A stretch of DNA of 64,000 nt from Gemmatimonadaceae bacterium (GCA_017881465.1 JADGQV010000002.1:6257-70256); one strand, 5' to 3'. Numbered from the stretch's first letter, positions 24,195 through 34,734 are shown. Notes: a model not told the origin generated them from the letters alone. Numbers and translations are program-made.

Positions 24195-26806
24195 TTCACT
24201 TCGTCGACGAGTCGAGCGAGCATCTCGAGCGCTTGGATTGGCGTCATCGCATTCGGGTCCACATTTCTCAGTTGTTGCACGACAGGATGCGTCATCATGC
24301 CAAACAGTGCCAGCTGACTATCTGTAGCGTCGGTCGGCACTGGTGATGCGCGTCCCGATCGAGGCACGATCTGTTCCGCTTCGAGCAGTCTCAACAGCTC
24401 CGTTGCCCGCTTTAGAACCGCGGGCGGGAGGCCCGCCAGTCTGCCCACTTCGATTCCATACGACCGATCGGCGCCACCGGGCTGAAGACGGTGGAGAAAA
24501 AGTACCTGATCCCCGACTTCGCGCACCTCAACGTTATAGTTGCGTACTGCGACTAAATTGTCTGCCAGCTGGGTGAGCTCATGATAGTGCGTCGCAAAGA
24601 TCGTCTTGCACCCGACAGCGTTGTGCAGATGCTCGCTTACCGACCAGGCGATCGAAATTCCGTCGTAGGTCGACGTACCGCGCCCGATCTCATCGAGCAG
24701 TACCAGGCTTCGCCGAGTTGCCGTGTGAAGAATGGCGCTCGTTTCCGACATCTCCACCATGAAGGTCGATTGGCCGCGAACCAGATTGTCGCTCGCCCCA
24801 ACCCGCGTGAAAAGGCGATCGACGACGCCGATCCGTGCCCGGGTTGCGGGGACGAAACTGCCAATCTGTGCCATCAGCACGATCAAACCGACCTGTCGGA
24901 GCACTGTCGATTTCCCCGCCATGTTCGGCCCGGTGAGAATGATCATCCGCGCGTCTTCGGTGAGTGCGATGTCGTTCGGAATGAACTTCTCGCGAGGCAT
25001 CATCCTCTCCACCACCGGATGCCGCCCAGCCGTTATCTCGAGCGCGAAATCGTCGGTCAGCAGGGGACGCACGTAACCTTCCCTCGCCGCGACTTCGGCC
25101 ATTGATGCAAGCACATCGAGCTCCGCGACGATCTGTGCAACTGCCTGCAGACGGGCGACCTGAGCTCCGACCCGCGACCGGAGCGTCTCGAACAGTTCTC
25201 GCTCTCGCTCCTCCACTCGCTCGGCCGCCGTCAGCACCCGCTCTTCGTATTCCTTGAGCGAAGGAGTCACATATCGCTCCGCTCCCGCCAGCGTTTGCCT
25301 CCGCTGGTAGTCGCTGGGAACTAGATGCACATTGGTGTTCGTCACCTCTATGAAATAGCCGAAGATTTTGTTGTAGCCGACCTTGAGCGAGTTGATGCCG
25401 GTCCGGGCGCGTTCCTCAGCTTGAATCCTGGCGATGGCATCCTTGCCCCCGTCGCGCAGCGTCCTCCATTCGTCCAGCTTGCTGTCGACCCCCTCGCGCA
25501 CGCTGGACTCATCCCCAATCGTGACCGGCGGTCTGTCGACGAGCGTTCCGATGATCTCGTCGGAAAGATCCGCACACCCATCCCACACGCCGGCGTGTCG
25601 GCCAAATGCGACATCGTTTTCGGGTGTCGCCACCGCACGAGCTCGTCCCAGCGCTGATTCGACCGCGGGCAGACGCGCGATTGAATCACCAAGTGCCCGC
25701 AACTCCCGGGGAGAGGCGCGACCTGCAGCTGCCTTTCCCGCCAGCCGTTCAATATCGCGCACACCGTCCAGAGCTTCCCGCATCGCGGCACGAATGAGAC
25801 CGTCTCCCAGCGCTTCCACAGCGCCAAGCCGCGCATCGATATCAGCACGGTTGACGAGCGGAGCGAGAAGCCACTGCCGAAGCAGGCGCGCGCCCATCGG
25901 CGTGAGCGTACGGTCGAGAACTCCGAGAAGTGTTCCCGAAGTCTCCACACCACGCATCGACTCGACGAGCTCGAGATTTCGCCGCGTCATCTCGTCGAGA
26001 GGCAGAATGCCACCAGGTCTCTCGATTCTTGGACGGGCGAGATGCGACATGCCCGACGGCTGAAGCTCATTGAGATAGCGGAGCAACGCCCCTGCTGCTC
26101 CAACAGCTGCGCTGTCTCCGCTCTCGATTCCAAATGCCTCGAGCGAGCTCACCCGAAAGTGTTCAACCAGCTGATCGCGGCCAAGCGTGCTGTCGAATTC
26201 CCAGGCTTCGCGCTCAGTTACCATCGGGCCTTCCTCGCCGATCGGGCCCTTCAGGATTTGAGTAAGACTCTCGCCACGCGGAAGAATCACTTCTCGCGGA
26301 GTGAATCGCGACAGCGCGGATTCCAAGTCCCGGATTCCAGTGGCAGTGAGCCTGAGCTCCCCCGTCGAGAGATCGGCGGCCGCGATTCCCACCCAATCGC
26401 CCTCCCGATTGAGCGCGCATAGGTAGTTGTTGCGACTACCGTCGAGCAGATCGTCGGAGAACGCTGCACCGGGAGTGATCGTTTCCACCACTTCGCGCTT
26501 GACGATGCCCTTGGCAAACTTCGGATCTTCGGTTTGCTCGCAGATGGAGACCCGGAATCCGTGCTGGATCAATCGCCGCAGATACTCGCCGGCAGCCTTG
26601 ACTGGAACTCCGGCTAGTGGCACCGCGCTCGCGCCTCCATTGTTCCTGGATGTGAGCGTGAGACCGAGTGTTCTCGAGGCTACTTCAGCATCCTCGTAGA
26701 ACATTTCGTAGAAATCACCCATCCGGAAGAACAGAATCGCGTCCTGATGACGCGACTTGATCTCCCGGTACTGCTGCATCAACGGTGTTGATGCGCCGCG
26801 ACTCAC
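24191..26806 (-). CDS. mutS: DNA mismatch repair protein MutS
   Basis: TPLMQQYREIKSRHQDAILFFRMGDFYEMF N-terminus, Walker A GPNMAGKST and STFMVEM. Confidence 0.97.
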   Translation of the reverse strand: MSRGASTPLMQQYREIKSRHQDAILFFRMGDFYEMFYEDAEVASRTLGLTLTSRNNGGASAVPLAGVPVKAAGEYLRRLIQHGFRVSICEQTEDPKFAKGIVKREVVETITPGAAFSDDLLDGSRNNYLCALNREGDWVGIAAADLSTGELRLTATGIRDLESALSRFTPREVILPRGESLTQILKGPIGEEGPMVTEREAWEFDSTLGRDQLVEHFRVSSLEAFGIESGDSAAVGAAGALLRYLNELQPSGMSHLARPRIERPGGILPLDEMTRRNLELVESMRGVETSGTLLGVLDRTLTPMGARLLRQWLLAPLVNRADIDARLGAVEALGDGLIRAAMREALDGVRDIERLAGKAAAGRASPRELRALGDSIARLPAVESALGRARAVATPENDVAFGRHAGVWDGCADLSDEIIGTLVDRPPVTIGDESSVREGVDSKLDEWRTLRDGGKDAIARIQAEERARTGINSLKVGYNKIFGYFIEVTNTNVHLVPSDYQRRQTLAGAERYVTPSLKEYEERVLTAAERVEERERELFETLRSRVGAQVARLQAVAQIVAELDVLASMAEVAAREGYVRPLLTDDFALEITAGRHPVVERMMPREKFIPNDIALTEDARMIILTGPNMAGKSTVLRQVGLIVLMAQIGSFVPATRARIGVVDRLFTRVGASDNLVRGQSTFMVEMSETSAILHTATRRSLVLLDEIGRGTSTYDGISIAWSVSEHLHNAVGCKTIFATHYHELTQLADNLVAVRNYNVEVREVGDQVLFLHRLQPGGADRSYGIEVGRLAGLPPAVLKRATELLRLLEAEQIVPRSGRASPVPTDATDSQLALFGMMTHPVVQQLRNVDPNAMTPIQALEMLARLVDEVK

Positions 26807-27945
26807 CGTTCGGGCGCCCGCACCACGAAACCATCCATGTGACTGGCCTTGATCTTCCTGAGTGCGTCTTCCGCTTCCTTCTCGGTTGTGTAGCGCCCGA
26901 TCCTGACCCGGAATGGCGCAACCGATCCGTCCACTCGAGCCGAGTAGCCGCGTTTACTCAGGTTTCCGGCGAGTTTGTCAGCTTCGGGTTTATGGCTGTA
27001 GGCAGCTACCTGGACCGAATACCCGCTTCCCCGTGATACAGCCACATTTGGTTTCGCCGCCGATTTCTCGGCTGCTGCCTTCGGCGCTTTCGCCAGATCG
27101 ACGATGCTCGGCTTTGAATCATTGGCTTCAGTCGGTAGCTTGGGACGCTGAGCCTGCACTACTGTCTTGGGTGCTGTCGAAACAGTTGCAACCGCATGCA
27201 ATACCGTATCGACGGTTGCCGGTTTTTGCTTCTCGGGCGGCGTAACCGATGTCGGAGATGCCGCAGTCGCGCTGGAGATGTTCGCGGAGGTCCCCGATGG
27301 CGTTGTAGAAGCGGTTACGGGGGTCGTCGGGATATTTGCGGACGCACTTGTCGTCGGAGAGTTCACCGTTGCCACGGCAGGGGCCGACGGACAGCGCTGA
27401 CCCTGATATTGGATCTGATTCTTCAGCTCCACCTCTGAGGCATCGGCCTGCACCAGCGCACTTGCGTTCGCCACACAGGCATTCGGAATGTCATTCTTTT
27501 CGAACAGTACCCGGGCGGTCCAGTAGCTCGCTCTCGCGAGCGACTTGCTCCGCGGATAGTCCCGTGGAATCCTCTGCAGATGGCCAAGTGCGCCATCGCG
27601 GTCACCGCGTGCGAGCTCGAGCTGCGCCAGTCGCAGTAACGCGTCCTCGGCCTGGGGAGCAAGTGGATAGTCCACCACAATGTGCTTGTAATCGCTTTCT
27701 GCATCCGCGGCATTCGCTGCCAGCGTCGCGCGCCAGAACAGCGCCTGCGGGTATAGCTGAGACGTCGGTGGAGTCTTTGCGATCACGGAATCAATCAGCG
27801 CCCTCCCTGCCACCCCATTGCCATCGCTCACGAGCGTCTGAGCTCTCACAAAAATCGGATCTGCCGGTCGCGCTGGAGCCTGAGCGGCTGCCAGCGACGC
27901 GGCACAAAATAGCGGTACGCCCAAAAGAACTGTCCATCTAGACAT
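26803..27945 (-). CDS. TPR-repeat plus SPOR-domain periplasmic protein (CpoB/YbgF-like N-terminus, peptidoglycan-binding C-terminus)
   Basis: Signal peptide, TPR-like helices, a Thr/Ser/Pro/Ala-rich linker, and a C-terminal SPOR segment YSVQVAAYSHKPEADKLAGNLSKRGYSARV..FRVRIGRY. Confidence 0.8.
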   Translation of the reverse strand: MSRWTVLLGVPLFCAASLAAAQAPARPADPIFVRAQTLVSDGNGVAGRALIDSVIAKTPPTSQLYPQALFWRATLAANAADAESDYKHIVVDYPLAPQAEDALLRLAQLELARGDRDGALGHLQRIPRDYPRSKSLARASYWTARVLFEKNDIPNACVANASALVQADASEVELKNQIQYQGQRCPSAPAVATVNSPTTSASANIPTTPVTASTTPSGTSANISSATAASPTSVTPPEKQKPATVDTVLHAVATVSTAPKTVVQAQRPKLPTEANDSKPSIVDLAKAPKAAAEKSAAKPNVAVSRGSGYSVQVAAYSHKPEADKLAGNLSKRGYSARVDGSVAPFRVRIGRYTTEKEAEDALRKIKASHMDGFVVRAPER

Positions 27946-27965
27946 CTCACCACTCTCCTATTGAC

Positions 27966-29027
27966 TCATGCGGCAGCGCTTCTCTCGTCGGCTGCGCAAA
28001 GGCTGAGTACTACCGTAGCCAGTAATTGTTCTTCGGACGAAACTCTACTCTCCTTCAGCGCTACGTCTGCCTCGAGCAGGGAGTCGAGTGCGCGATCGAG
28101 CGATTCGCGGGTCCAGCGTTCCGCGGCACGAGCCCAGACGGCAGTGGCAGATCCCCACGGCCGGCCCGTAAAGGCTCCCGTCTCTTTCAGAAGATCAAAG
28201 TATTCTTGGGCCAGGCGAGCTCTCGAGAGACCTTCATCCAGTCTCGCGCGCCCCCACGAGATGGCGAGCATCTGTGTCGATAATGCCATGACGATTGAAA
28301 CGCCCGTTGTTTTCGGCTGGGTAAGGACATGGGAGACCAGCCCAAGAGCGCGAGGGGCATTCCGATCGGCTACCGCATCGAGGAGATCAGCCTGGGTCTC
28401 GCCACGCCGCACCCCGACGACTGCCGCCACGGCGTCCTCACCAATTTCCTCGCTATGGCCTTCGATGTAGCTCGCAAGCTTGTCCAGCTCACCTGACAGT
28501 TGATGCAGGTCGCTGCCAACCGCGGCCTGAAGGAGCTCGATAGCTGGCTCACTAATCTTGACTCCTAATTCACTAGTCGCCCTGTGTGTGATCCACCTAG
28601 GAATCCGATCTCCGGTGAGGGGGTCGAATTGAAGCACCGTGCTCGACGCCGAGAGCGTCGCATCTGCCTTGGATCCGGCAGCTCCGGTCATGAGGAGCAA
28701 CAAATCGGGCGCGGGGTGTGCCAGGTATTGATCGAGGACCTTGCGCGAATCTTTCTTGAGTGCACCAACCTCACGAAGCACGATCACGCGCCTCTCCGCC
28801 ATCATCGGCGGTGTGGAGAGGAGGACTCCAAGGGTCTCGGCGTCGAGCTCGCCGGATCGTCGCACGTCCAGGTTGAAGTCCCTGGCTCCGGGATCCAGAG
28901 CGATATCGATGAGCTGCCGGACCGCGTCGTCCTTTTGATAGTCATCCTCCCCCCAGATGTAGTAAGCGCCGTCGAATGACCGGCGCTTGATCGCATCACG
29001 AAGTGTTTTGAGAGAGGATGCGGACAT
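27966..29027 (-). CDS. holA: DNA polymerase III delta subunit
   Basis: About 350 aa. The N-terminus YYIWGEDDYQKDDAVRQL and the helical C-terminal domains are typical of HolA. GGAGG SD. Confidence 0.8.
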   Translation of the reverse strand: MSASSLKTLRDAIKRRSFDGAYYIWGEDDYQKDDAVRQLIDIALDPGARDFNLDVRRSGELDAETLGVLLSTPPMMAERRVIVLREVGALKKDSRKVLDQYLAHPAPDLLLLMTGAAGSKADATLSASSTVLQFDPLTGDRIPRWITHRATSELGVKISEPAIELLQAAVGSDLHQLSGELDKLASYIEGHSEEIGEDAVAAVVGVRRGETQADLLDAVADRNAPRALGLVSHVLTQPKTTGVSIVMALSTQMLAISWGRARLDEGLSRARLAQEYFDLLKETGAFTGRPWGSATAVWARAAERWTRESLDRALDSLLEADVALKESRVSSEEQLLATVVLSLCAADERSAAA

Positions 29028-29075
29028 CCTCCAAATATACGGCCGCTCTACTGGGCTGCCGATGGCTCTCGAGCG

Positions 29076-29612
29076 CTAATGCGTATAGTTCGTTAGCTCG
29101 AGCCTGGAGTGCGCAAACCGCACCGGAGCCTGCTCCGCAAACAGAGCCGCTGGCCAGATAGTCAGGCCGGCTGTAACGGAGGCGACTATCGCCGGTGTCG
29201 AGGTTGTAATTGGGGTGAACTCCGGCTCCGGAATCGTTGCGACCACTGGAGGCATTATGAGATCACGTGGAGCATCGGTATGGTGGTACAGCGTCATCCC
29301 TATGTATCCCAGCATAGCAGCGCTGGCGAGTGTCGCCGCGATTGCGCCCCGTCTGAGATTGCGCTGCGTGGCTGCTAGCAAATGGTCGTTATCACATTCT
29401 CTGAGACGCGCTTCGAGTCGCTGGGAAAAGTCCGCGGATGGCTCTATGCAAGGAAGATTTCTGAAGAGCAGTAGCGCACGGCGGATCTTCGCATCGTGCT
29501 TCGCGCAGTTCTCACATTCAGCGAGGTGCCGCTGCATGCGAACCAGCTCGATCCCGGCAAGGGTATCGTCTACAAAAGCAACGTGCTGATCACAAAACTC
29601 GCGACAATCCAT
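29076..29612 (-). CDS. Anti-sigma factor (zf-HC2), single-pass membrane protein
   Basis: The N-terminal H-x3-C-x2-C motif (HLAECENCAKH), one TM segment, and its position directly downstream of an ECF sigma gene. Confidence 0.75.
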   Translation of the reverse strand: MDCREFCDQHVAFVDDTLAGIELVRMQRHLAECENCAKHDAKIRRALLLFRNLPCIEPSADFSQRLEARLRECDNDHLLAATQRNLRRGAIAATLASAAMLGYIGMTLYHHTDAPRDLIMPPVVATIPEPEFTPITTSTPAIVASVTAGLTIWPAALFAEQAPVRFAHSRLELTNYTH

Positions 29613-29680
29613 GTAGATAGGTTGAGAGGGTTCGATAACAGGTACCCATCAGGGGGGCGCCTGTTCCCGAGCCGTCAGAC

Positions 29681-30319
29681 CTAATCTACATATGGGGCAA
29701 TGATTTCCGCGAACGAATTTCTTGCCCGGTTAAGACGGGATTTGACCGTCCCGAGATTGCAATCCGTGATCTCCGCGATCTCCTCGTAGGACTTGCCCTC
29801 GAGTTCCCGCAGGATGAACACGTTCCTGTGGTGCTCGGGGAGCTTGGCCACGCTCTCCTCGACGATCTCCCTCAAATGGCGCTTATGGTACATGTCATCC
29901 GGACGGGACGTCGTGTCCTCAAACTGCAGAGGGCGATCGTCGTCCTGAAAGTTCTTCTGGACCGTCTGAAAGAGAACCAGCGGATTACGCGAGCGGTTGC
30001 GCAGCTCGTTCTTCGCCAGATTCGAGGCGATCGTATAGACCCATGTCGAAAACTTCTTCGAGCGGTCGAAGCGATGCAGGTGGCGGTAGACACGAATAAA
30101 AACCTCCTGCACTAGATCTTCAGCCTTTTCCCGGTCACCGATCGTGCGGTACACGAAGTTCAGGAGACGGGTCTGGTAGCGTGTGACCAGTTCAGAGAAG
30201 GCGCGCTCCTCTCCACCAAGGAATGCAGTCACGACGGCTGAGTCATCCATCGCCAGCAGGCGTTCCCTGACACTAGGTCCTTCCACCGATACAGCTTGCT
30301 TACGGACGATGTTCGCCAT
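29681..30319 (-). CDS. ECF-type RNA polymerase sigma-70 family factor
   Basis: Region 2 (LVQEVFIRVYRHLHRFD..FSTWVYTIASN) and region 4 (SYEEIAEITDCNLGTVKSRLNRAR). The ATG at 30319 follows GAGGAGAGAAAA. Confidence 0.9.
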   Translation of the reverse strand: MANIVRKQAVSVEGPSVRERLLAMDDSAVVTAFLGGEERAFSELVTRYQTRLLNFVYRTIGDREKAEDLVQEVFIRVYRHLHRFDRSKKFSTWVYTIASNLAKNELRNRSRNPLVLFQTVQKNFQDDDRPLQFEDTTSRPDDMYHKRHLREIVEESVAKLPEHHRNVFILRELEGKSYEEIAEITDCNLGTVKSRLNRARNSFAEIIAPYVD

Positions 30320-30565
30320 TTTTCTCTCCTCTATCAAATAGAGACACTCACGACACTGAATCGTGCACAGCTCTGCGGGAACATTCTGCGCTTTCATGTA
30401 ATGCACGGCTTGTGCCCAATGGCGGTCGGGCGTAACATATTGTCAGTAAAGGACTTATAGCGTTTGGCTCAAGCGCTGAGTTTGTCCAGATTCTGCCAAT
30501 TCTGTCCTATTTACATGACATGTCAGCGTCTTTTCATTGATTAGACGCCAATTTGGCCCGAAGGG

Positions 30566-31126
30566 TTAACGACCTGCGCGAAAACCCGCAGCGAACAGGA
30601 GACCGAGTACAGTCTTGGCATCCTGAATCCCACCTGCCTCCACCATCTCCAAAGCCCGGGATAGTCGTATCGGATGGAGATCCAAAAATTCATCCGCCTC
30701 ATGCTTAGTCTCCCCGGCGACCAATCCGGTTGCCATGAAGAGATGGATTTTTTCATCCGTGAACCCGGGAGTCGTGTACATCGTGAGCAAGTGGTCAAAC
30801 TGCTCTGCTGTGCAGCCGGTCTCCTCTTTCAGTTCCCGTACGGCGCAATCGCGCGGACTTTCTCCCTGATCGAGTCTTCCCGCCGGGATCTCGTAGAGGT
30901 AGCCGTCGGCCGCATACCGATACTGCCGGATCATCAGCACCTGCGGATCCTCTCCTCCCGGGTCGCTCAGGAAGGGCACGATCGCGCTCGCGCCCGGATG
31001 CCGGATCATCTCCAGCTCACCAATGGATCCGTCGGGAAACCGGACGGTGTCCACATCGAGCGAGATGACCTTCCCTGTATAGACTCGCCTGGATTCTATC
31101 CGCCCCGCTTTCGTTTCTCCTTCCAT
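30566..31126 (-). CDS. NUDIX hydrolase (ADP-ribose pyrophosphatase-like)
   Basis: Nudix box GRLDQGESPRDCAVRELKEETG. Confidence 0.85.
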   Translation of the reverse strand: MEGETKAGRIESRRVYTGKVISLDVDTVRFPDGSIGELEMIRHPGASAIVPFLSDPGGEDPQVLMIRQYRYAADGYLYEIPAGRLDQGESPRDCAVRELKEETGCTAEQFDHLLTMYTTPGFTDEKIHLFMATGLVAGETKHEADEFLDLHPIRLSRALEMVEAGGIQDAKTVLGLLFAAGFRAGR

Positions 31127-31138
31127 GGCAGCTGAACC

Positions 31139-32488
31139 CTAGGAGCTGTGAACGTGCAGGTCCCCAACGCTCAGATCGGAAACAGAGGCGCGAATGACCC
31201 GCGCGTCACCGACTACGATCGTCTGCAGCTCGTCAGGATGCAGGTGTGACCTGGCTGCCTGGAGGACTGCATCCGCTGACACGTCACGCACGTTCTTTCT
31301 GTAGGAGTCATAGTAATCAGCAGGCAGATCGTAGATGACGAGAGTCGCGAGAGCAGATGCGATTGCGGCAGTCGTCTCATATCGAATGGGGAACACCCCA
31401 TCGAGGTAGTCTCTAGCAAGCGACAGCTCCTCTTCCGAGATTCGCTCGGCGCGGATTCGATCTATCTCGAGAAGGATCTCGCGCAGCGCGAGCGCTGTCA
31501 CCTCACTCTGCACGGCTGTCGATACGACGAATGGACCTGGGCCACGCCGCCAGTCGTACAACGACGAAGCCCCATATGTGTAGCCGTGTGCCTCGCGCAG
31601 ATTCAGGTTAATCCGCGAGCCGAAGAGGCCGCCAAGAACGGCGTTCATTACAAGCGTGGGGAAAAAGTCGGGATGCTTGCGCGGCAGACCGACATGCCCA
31701 GCCCGCAGCTCCGACTGCGGCGCTTCCGGCTTGTCCACGATGTGAATGCTCTTCCGAGTCGTCCGCGCCACTGCGATTAGCGGTCGGTCCGGTGCCCGTC
31801 CCAATGGCCAGCGCTGAAACGCGCGCCTGATCAATGCACGCGCCTCATCCGTCGGGATATCCCCTGCGATGATCACAGTCGTCGATCCGGCGCGGTAGCT
31901 GGATCTATAAAACTCCTCAACGTCCTTCCGCGACAATGCGCTTACGCTCTCGGCGCTTCCCTCATCCGGCTTCGAGTACCGGGATTCCTGCGTGTACAGA
32001 AACTCCGAGAACTTTTCGTCGGCCAATCCCCGCGGCTCTGTTTCGAGCTGAAGAATCTCCGCGAGACGCTCCGCCTTGGCCCGCTCGACTTCACGTTCAG
32101 GGAAAACCGGACTGCTGACGGCCTCGCCAAGGAGCCTCGTCGCTTCTTCCAGCTGTCCTGACAGCACCGTGATCTTGATGAATGCGCTGTCCCAGTCTGC
32201 ACCGGACTCGACCGATGTCCCGAGCTGCTCGAACTTCTCCGCCAGCTCCGCTCCATCAAACCGCTCGCTGCCCTCGAGAAGCGTGCCGGCAGTCAGGGCG
32301 GCGACACCCTCCTTGCCCGCTGGATCATTTGTGGACCCGGCGTCGACGACCACCAAAACCGTAACCACTGGAAGCTTCGCAATTGGCGCAGTAACCAGAC
32401 GAATTCCACTCGGCAACAACTCATCGTGGAAACCCGGGAAATGGTAGCTCCGGGTTGGTCCTGGTTTCGGACGGAGGGCCGTGACCAT
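31139..32488 (-). CDS. M16-family peptidase, non-catalytic-type subunit (no HxxEH), no signal peptide
   Basis: M16 fold-like sequence without the zinc motif. The start overlaps the stop of the upstream M16 gene by 1 nt. Confidence 0.8.
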   Translation of the reverse strand: MVTALRPKPGPTRSYHFPGFHDELLPSGIRLVTAPIAKLPVVTVLVVVDAGSTNDPAGKEGVAALTAGTLLEGSERFDGAELAEKFEQLGTSVESGADWDSAFIKITVLSGQLEEATRLLGEAVSSPVFPEREVERAKAERLAEILQLETEPRGLADEKFSEFLYTQESRYSKPDEGSAESVSALSRKDVEEFYRSSYRAGSTTVIIAGDIPTDEARALIRRAFQRWPLGRAPDRPLIAVARTTRKSIHIVDKPEAPQSELRAGHVGLPRKHPDFFPTLVMNAVLGGLFGSRINLNLREAHGYTYGASSLYDWRRGPGPFVVSTAVQSEVTALALREILLEIDRIRAERISEEELSLARDYLDGVFPIRYETTAAIASALATLVIYDLPADYYDSYRKNVRDVSADAVLQAARSHLHPDELQTIVVGDARVIRASVSDLSVGDLHVHSS

Positions 32489-33798
32489 CAGTCCGCGCCA
32501 GCGGCGGCGGCCCGTACGCTCTCGGATTCGACTCCTTCCTTCGGGACGTAAAGAAGACTTGCCCTGTTGTCTTCGCCGAATCGCTCGGAGATGAGCTCGT
32601 TGACTCTCTGGGTGGTTACCGAGCGATAACGGTCTGCCTGCTCGTTGACCAGCTCCGGCCGCTTGAAATAGGTGGCGAACATCGAAAGCCTGTCTGCTCT
32701 CTCACCCGCTGACTGGAGGGACGCGAGCAGATCGGTCTCGATCAAGGCGATGGCTCTTTTCACTTCCGGTTCCTTAACACCTTCGCGATGGATCAGGTCA
32801 ATTTCACGCTCCACCTCTTCCTCGAGCTTGGCGACAGAGGTTTCTGGCCGCGCGGTGACGTCGACGACCAGAATATCGGTACCCTTGGCCAGGTCGAACG
32901 TGAACGCACCGACATCTGCCGCTATCTGCCGTTCCCGTACCAGAGAGCGATGAAGGCGGCTTCCCTTTCTCATCCCAAGCACCGCAGAAGCCACACTGGC
33001 AGCGTAATACTTCTCGCTCCCAAAAACCGGCGAGCGAAACGCCATAAACAATCGTGCAAGGCTGACGTTATCGTAGACGACCTCCCGCAACCGGTTTCCG
33101 AACACAGGCGGGAGATTCATCGGTGGCAACATGGGTCTCCCTTCCCCGATCCGAATCGGTCCGAAGTACTCAGTGACCAGCTTGCGCGCGTCCGTCGAAT
33201 CGAAATCACCGGCAATCGAGAGAACCGCGTTATCCGGCGTGTAGTACATGGCAAAAAACTGCGCTATGTCATCCAGTGATGCGGCCGAGAGATCCTCCAG
33301 CGATCCAATGAGCGAATGCTGGAAGGGGTGCGACGGGGGGAACACCAGCTCCTGCATCTTTTCAAGCATTGTGCCGTACGGCTGGTTGTCCACCGCCCAT
33401 CGCCGCTCGTTCTTAACGACATCACGCTGAGTATCCAGCTTTTCCTGCGTCATCGCCGGAAGTAGTTCACCCATGCGGTCTGCTTCCAACCAGAGGGCCA
33501 GCGCAAGCTCGTTTGACGGTACCGTCTCGAAATAGTTCGTCCGCTCGAGCCATGTCGAGCCGTTTAGCGTTCCACCCGCGCGTTGTATCAGCTCGAAATG
33601 CTCGTTCGACCCAACGTGCGCCGAACCTTGGAAGAGCATGTGCTCGAAGAGATGTGCGAATCCGGTTCTGCCGGTCTTTTCGTTCGCCGACCCCACGTGA
33701 TACCAGAGGTTCACAGCCACGATCGGCGTAGTGTGATCCTCCGACAGGGTCACAAACAGCCCGTTGTCGAGGTGGAAGGTTTCTACCGGAATTCGCAT
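32488..33798 (-). CDS. M16-family zinc peptidase (HxxEH), no signal peptide
   Basis: GRTGFAHLFEHMLFQGS inverted zinc motif and the downstream RDVVKNERR. The start is ATG 33798 (MRIPVETFHLDNG), which I prefer over 33864. Confidence 0.85.
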   Translation of the reverse strand: MRIPVETFHLDNGLFVTLSEDHTTPIVAVNLWYHVGSANEKTGRTGFAHLFEHMLFQGSAHVGSNEHFELIQRAGGTLNGSTWLERTNYFETVPSNELALALWLEADRMGELLPAMTQEKLDTQRDVVKNERRWAVDNQPYGTMLEKMQELVFPPSHPFQHSLIGSLEDLSAASLDDIAQFFAMYYTPDNAVLSIAGDFDSTDARKLVTEYFGPIRIGEGRPMLPPMNLPPVFGNRLREVVYDNVSLARLFMAFRSPVFGSEKYYAASVASAVLGMRKGSRLHRSLVRERQIAADVGAFTFDLAKGTDILVVDVTARPETSVAKLEEEVEREIDLIHREGVKEPEVKRAIALIETDLLASLQSAGERADRLSMFATYFKRPELVNEQADRYRSVTTQRVNELISERFGEDNRASLLYVPKEGVESESVRAAAAGAD

Positions 33799-33851
33799 TG
33801 TCGTAAATTGCCCGCCATGCAAACCCACTGGAACCCCCTCGGCGCCCGCAT

Positions 33852-34694
33852 ATGATTGCCGCACTTGTCGTTCTCGCTCTGCTGTTCGGCTCGCTGTTTC
33901 TGCTTTGGTGGTCGCAGGAACGAATCCTGTTTCAACCGCCTCGGCTGCTGAAAGCGCCGCCCGAGTCGGGGCGGGTCTCTTACGACGCGGTAGATGGACA
34001 GCGGCTCACCGGCTTCATGGTCGGGGATCCCAGAAGTGCGCCCGGCGTTCTGCTCTGCTTCCATGGAAACGCCGACCTTGCTGTGTGGCAGCTCGACTGG
34101 GCACGCGCGGTTGAGCGCCATACCAGATACGCCGTTTTTCTCGCCGAATACCGTGGTTACATGTCGCTTGATGGGAGTCCCTCTTACTCGAGCACGAAGC
34201 TCGACGCCCGTGCCGCCTATGACTATCTGCGAACTGTATTCGGTGTCGATCGCACGCGTATGGCTTACTTTGGTCACTCGCTAGGCAGTGGTGTAGCAGC
34301 CGAGCTCGCCGAAATCCATCCACCTGGTGCCTTGCTTCTCCAGTCGCCCTTTTCTTCCGCTCACGCGATGGCAAGACTCATTGTGTGGCCGCTTATTGTT
34401 CTTGTCTGGAGGACCATCTCACGAATTCACTTCGATACGAGGCGGGTTGTCTCGGAGCTTGATGTGCCGGTTTCGGTGGCGCATGGTCGGCGCGACCGAA
34501 TCGTGCCATTCAGAATGGGTGTGGAAGTTTACGGAGCCGCCAAGAGAAAAGGTCAGCTTCTGGTCGTGGAGAAGGCCGGGCATAATGACATTGCCGATAT
34601 TGCCGGCGAAGAATACTGGCGCTGGATTGGCGCCGCGCTGACACCGCGAATCGATGCGGGGACGCAAAGAAAGGAGGGCATGACCCGAGATTAG
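33852..34694 (+). CDS. Alpha/beta hydrolase with N-terminal membrane anchor (ABHD13/Bem46-like)
   Basis: N-terminal TM segment IAALVVLALLFGSLFLLWW, nucleophile elbow GHSLGSG, and GHND near the C-terminus. Confidence 0.8.
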   Translation: MIAALVVLALLFGSLFLLWWSQERILFQPPRLLKAPPESGRVSYDAVDGQRLTGFMVGDPRSAPGVLLCFHGNADLAVWQLDWARAVERHTRYAVFLAEYRGYMSLDGSPSYSSTKLDARAAYDYLRTVFGVDRTRMAYFGHSLGSGVAAELAEIHPPGALLLQSPFSSAHAMARLIVWPLIVLVWRTISRIHFDTRRVVSELDVPVSVAHGRRDRIVPFRMGVEVYGAAKRKGQLLVVEKAGHNDIADIAGEEYWRWIGAALTPRIDAGTQRKEGMTRD

Positions 34695-34722
34695 GTCATG
34701 CCCTCTTTTTTCGGATCAGCGA
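34683..34722 (+). terminator. Rho-independent terminator (stem spans the hydrolase stop codon)
   Basis: GGAGGGCATGACC/GGTCATGCCCTC stem followed by TTTTTTT. Confidence 0.6.
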
Positions 34723-34734
34723 TTCGATCACCGA

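Noticed and set aside
30320-30565. 246-nt gap upstream of the ECF sigma gene, checked for an sRNA, a riboswitch and a GGAAC-N16-CGT ECF promoter. It contains a TGACATGTCA palindrome.
   Set aside because: There is no convincing conserved RNA motif or correctly spaced ECF promoter on the coding (minus) strand, and the hairpins are short. It is probably an ordinary promoter region.
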